Below are positions 60,760-64,000 of a stretch of DNA of 64,000 bases, one piece after another. Below the pieces are notes generated by a model, which saw nothing but the letters and a program-made list of their open reading frames with translations, was not told the DNA's origin and did no database searches. The position numbers and the translations under genes are program-made. The stretch's first letter is position 1, and each line of letters begins with the position of its first letter. The stretch lies in contig NW_027362762.1 of the NCBI RefSeq assembly GCF_046119375.1, positions 106,082,001-106,146,000 on the forward strand, read 5' to 3'. This stretch comes from Phyllobates terribilis (taxonomy: Eukaryota).

Positions 60760-61979
60760 TGACGCGCCCCCTGGGCCATATTCAGGGGATACCCGGAGCC
60801 GGATCTGGATAGGGGTAGTAGTCCTTGTGGCGGTGATCCGGTCCGTGCCCAGGGTGTCAAACTAAGTGGCAGTCTATGGCAGTAGATGTTAACTTGGATG
60901 TCGACTACGCCACCCGTTGAGTGCGGCTTTGCAGCCGCCGCTGCAGAACAGTCCGCTGAGGCCGGTGGTATGGGTGCAGCGATGATGTTATAACCCCCAA
61001 CGGGAGGGGTATGGCCTCAGGGCAGCAGGGATAAATGATGGGGGTGATGGTGGTACACGAGCGCAACAAAGACAACTCGGAGTCTTGGTGGTGCAGTTCA
61101 GGGTCTTTACTCACGGTTACTCGGTTACTGCTCCAGGCCACCGCTGCAGAGGTGGCCGCCTGTGTCGCGCTGTGCTCACCAGGTGAGGGGCTCGGTTAAC
61201 TCCCAAGTCTTTCTGGAGTGCTTTGCAGGACCCCCTTTATGTCCCCTGTCTCTGGTCTTCAACCCCACTAGTGACCACGCTTATGTCCAGCTGCCTCGGA
61301 CCTTCTTGGTGGGCAAACGTTGGCCTGCGTTTCCCAGGTCCTATGTGGTGCCTTTCTAGCGGGTGTGGTGAGGGGCTGCTCCACATGTAATGTCGCAGCC
61401 TCCGGTTCTTAGTTGAGGGTAGTTTCTCTCCTCCACTAATTTGGGATCCGGTTCCCATCTTCTTGACCTGACCCCCCTACTCAGGTAGCGGCGGGCGTGT
61501 GGTGGCTACCAGCCAGTCCACACCCCTGGGGTCCCCTCTGTCCTTCCTGGAGCCCAGTCTGCTCCTCTTCCTCCTTCTTCCCTCCTCCAGGCTCAGGCCT
61601 CCTGACAGGGCCTGCCTGTGGAGCAGAGCCCATAAAGCAGCTCTGCTCCCTGTCTTCTCCTCTCTCAACTCACTCCCTTTCCAAGATGGTGCCTCCCTTT
61701 ATACTCCTGTACAGAGTGCACCCAGGATCTACTTCCCCCACGCACACACTACCGGGTTCCCTTCTCTAGGTGTTCCCTCCCCCCACTCCAGCCAGGGACA
61801 TGCTCACTCGTGCCTGCATAACTAATGGGAGCACCGTCGAGCTGTCCCCCGGAAATGTGGTGTAGTGCATGTGGGTGTTAGGGTCCTGAGCCACACTCCA
61901 TCCTTACCTGGAAGTGAGATATCGCACATCTGGGTGAGATGCAATACCTCTGTAGCAACCGAACCCTCGGGGTGCTACA
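60760..61979 (-). mobile_element. Solo Gypsy LTR (1220 bp), TATG TSD
   Basis: tatg|TG...CA|tatg; minus strand starts TGTAGCACCCC and ends GGGGGCGCGTCA; U5 resembles LTR A, U3 start resembles 5274-6463. Confidence 0.9.
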
Positions 61980-62275
61980 TATGTACACTCCTGGTAGACA
62001 TTTCCATCATGCCGTGTTCTATTTCTTCATGAGGATCATGCTTTTTTGTTTTTTTTTTCAAGCAAGAGAAGGTCCTATTAGGCTTGTTTCCATACTTGCT
62101 GCCATTTGTAGTTTTTCTCTATGCTGTGTCCAGAATGGATCCCGGAGATTTCTGTTGGAGCGTTCCTCTACTTCCGGTGTTGTTGCATCAGACTGGCCCA
62201 GCACTGAAATTTCCATTCCCCGATCCTTCTCTCCCAAACATCACCTGTCAGAAAAAAGTCAGGAGGCCCCAACAC

Positions 62276-62586
62276 TAGGGATGAGCAGACCCGTGGAAGT
62301 CCTGGTTCTGGTACCCTACCTGAACTTTATTCCCAAGTTCATTTCAGGTAACAGAACTGTACCCGAACTTGAACCAGAACCCGAATCCCATTGAAAACAA
62401 TGAGGAGCTGGACTTTGGCTCTGGGTAAGAAAAAAAATATCTCTCTCTCTCTCTGCAACAGACTTCTTCCAGAATCTCGAACATTGCCATGAACTTCCGG
62501 GTAAAGTCCATATTCGGCGTTTAGCATCGGACACTAACTGTCCAGTATGAACGCCGAACTTTTAAATTCAGGTTCGCTCATCTTTA
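62276..62586. mobile_element. hAT-like MITE (TAGGGATGAGC...GCTCATCTTTA)
   Basis: Imperfect terminal inverted repeats; internal GGTTC/GAACC repeats. Confidence 0.6.
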
Positions 62587-63189
62587 CCCAGTTAATTCGC
62601 CAGTCCAGCTAACTTTTATTTAATGTGTATGAAGGCCTTAACTTTATAGACCAGTAGGAAAAGCATTCTCAGGGATCCGCTCATTTTGGAATGATTCATA
62701 AATACTATTGTTTTCTATAACTAACAAATAAAGTAGCACTCTGCAGCAATAAGTATGCAAACATAAAATATATGATATTTGAATAGCATTACTGCTCAAG
62801 AAAATAGAAATAATTAAGAAATCTTTGCGCATAAATTGGCCAATTCATGTGTACCTGGTAGTCACAATCAGTCTCGATATCAGGACCGTGCCAATGTGTT
62901 TCATCTCTTAGAGAGTAAGTCTGCTTGTGTATTGGAAGGTAAGAACCTGCTGTAATTAAAACCGCCTGTGGCTTAGAGGCGGAGTGCTCAGTCAGAAGGC
63001 CGATGCATATGAACGAAAAAAACTGACCGTCACAAACTGTTATGATCATTTTTTTTAGTTTACTATTGTTTTCATGTTTTGCTATTTTTTGCATTTTTTT
63101 TTATTTGTTTTAGCTTACTGTCTCCATTGTTCTCTGTCTCACAAGATATATACTATAGACATAAATCATATAGACTTATAGTCCATCTA

Positions 63190-64000
63190 CTAAGTATTTA
63201 ATACACTGCAGATTTTGAAAGTTTTCCCACCTACAAAGAATGGAGAGGTCTGTAATTTTTATCGTAGGTACACTTCAACTGTGAGAGACGGAATCTAAAA
63301 ATAAAAGCCAGAAAATCACATTATATGATTTTTACAAAATTTTCATTTTATTGCATAAAATAAGTATTTGATACAATAGAAAAACAGAACTTAATATTTA
63401 GTACAGAAACCTTTGTTTGCAATTACAGAGGTCAGACATTTCCTGTAGTTCTTGACCAAGTTTGTACACACTCGAGCAGGGATTTTGGCCCACTCCTCCA
63501 TACAGATCTTCTCCAGATCTTTTAGGTTCCGGGGCTGTCGCTGGGCAACATTGAGTTTCAGATTCCTCCAAAGATTTTCTATTAGGTTCAGGTCTGTAGA
63601 CTGGCTAGGCCACTCCAGGACCTTGAAATGCTTCTTACGAAGCCACTCCTTAGTTGCCTTGGCTGTGTGTGTCTGGTCATTGTCATGCAGGAAGACCCAG
63701 CCACGACCCATCTTCAATGCTCTTACTGAGGGAAGGACGTTGCTGGCAAAAACCTCGCGATACATGACCCCATCCATCCTCCTTTCAATACGATGCAGTC
63801 GTCCTGTCCCCTTTGCAGAAAAGCACCCCCAAAGTATGATGTTTCCCCCACCATGCTTCATGGTTGGGATGGGGTTCTTGGGGTTGTACTCATCCTTCTT
63901 ATTCCTCCAAACACGGTGAGTGGAGTTGATACCAAAAAGTTATATTTTGGTCTCATCTGACCACATAACCTTCTCCCATGCCTCCTCTGGATCATCCATA
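63190..64000 (-). mobile_element. Tc1 element, 3' part (transposase C-terminal half); continues beyond window
   Basis: [19 protein letters not shown]...FLHDNDQTH...[12 protein letters not shown]...KGFCTKY. Confidence 0.88.

Noticed and set aside
55000-64000. Urad or Cdx exons expected downstream of Pdx1
   Set aside because: No matching peptide seen in any frame; they probably lie beyond the window.

Overview
Vertebrate genomic DNA, most likely a frog (inferred from the Pdx1 peptide and the V-SINE/Tc1/piggyBac/MITE repertoire). There is one host coding exon: Pdx1 (ParaHox/Xlox) exon 2 at 40954-41357 (+), which encodes the homeodomain and C-terminus. Exon 1 was not found, so 1-40953 is apparently part of a greatly expanded, TE-filled intron. 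The rest of the window is repeat-dominated. It holds a decayed full-length Ty3/Gypsy provirus (25275-35882, CTAC TSD, tRNA-Ser PBS) with three nested insertions, the 3' end of a related provirus (1-1551), and two related solo LTRs. It also holds four Tc1 elements (one with an intact 340-aa DD34E transposase but a truncated TIR), a deleted mariner, RTE/L2/CR1 LINE fragments, a V-SINE, many MITEs, a ~575-bp near-perfect inverted duplication, and a ~9-kb purine-rich 36-bp satellite with higher-order structure. The most unusual signal is that all five related Gypsy LTR copies carry, inside U5, a covarying hairpin followed by a second PBS-like site. That site differs between subfamilies but in each case complements a tRNA-Ser 3' end. 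All alignments and counts were done by eye, and tRNA identities are from recall.
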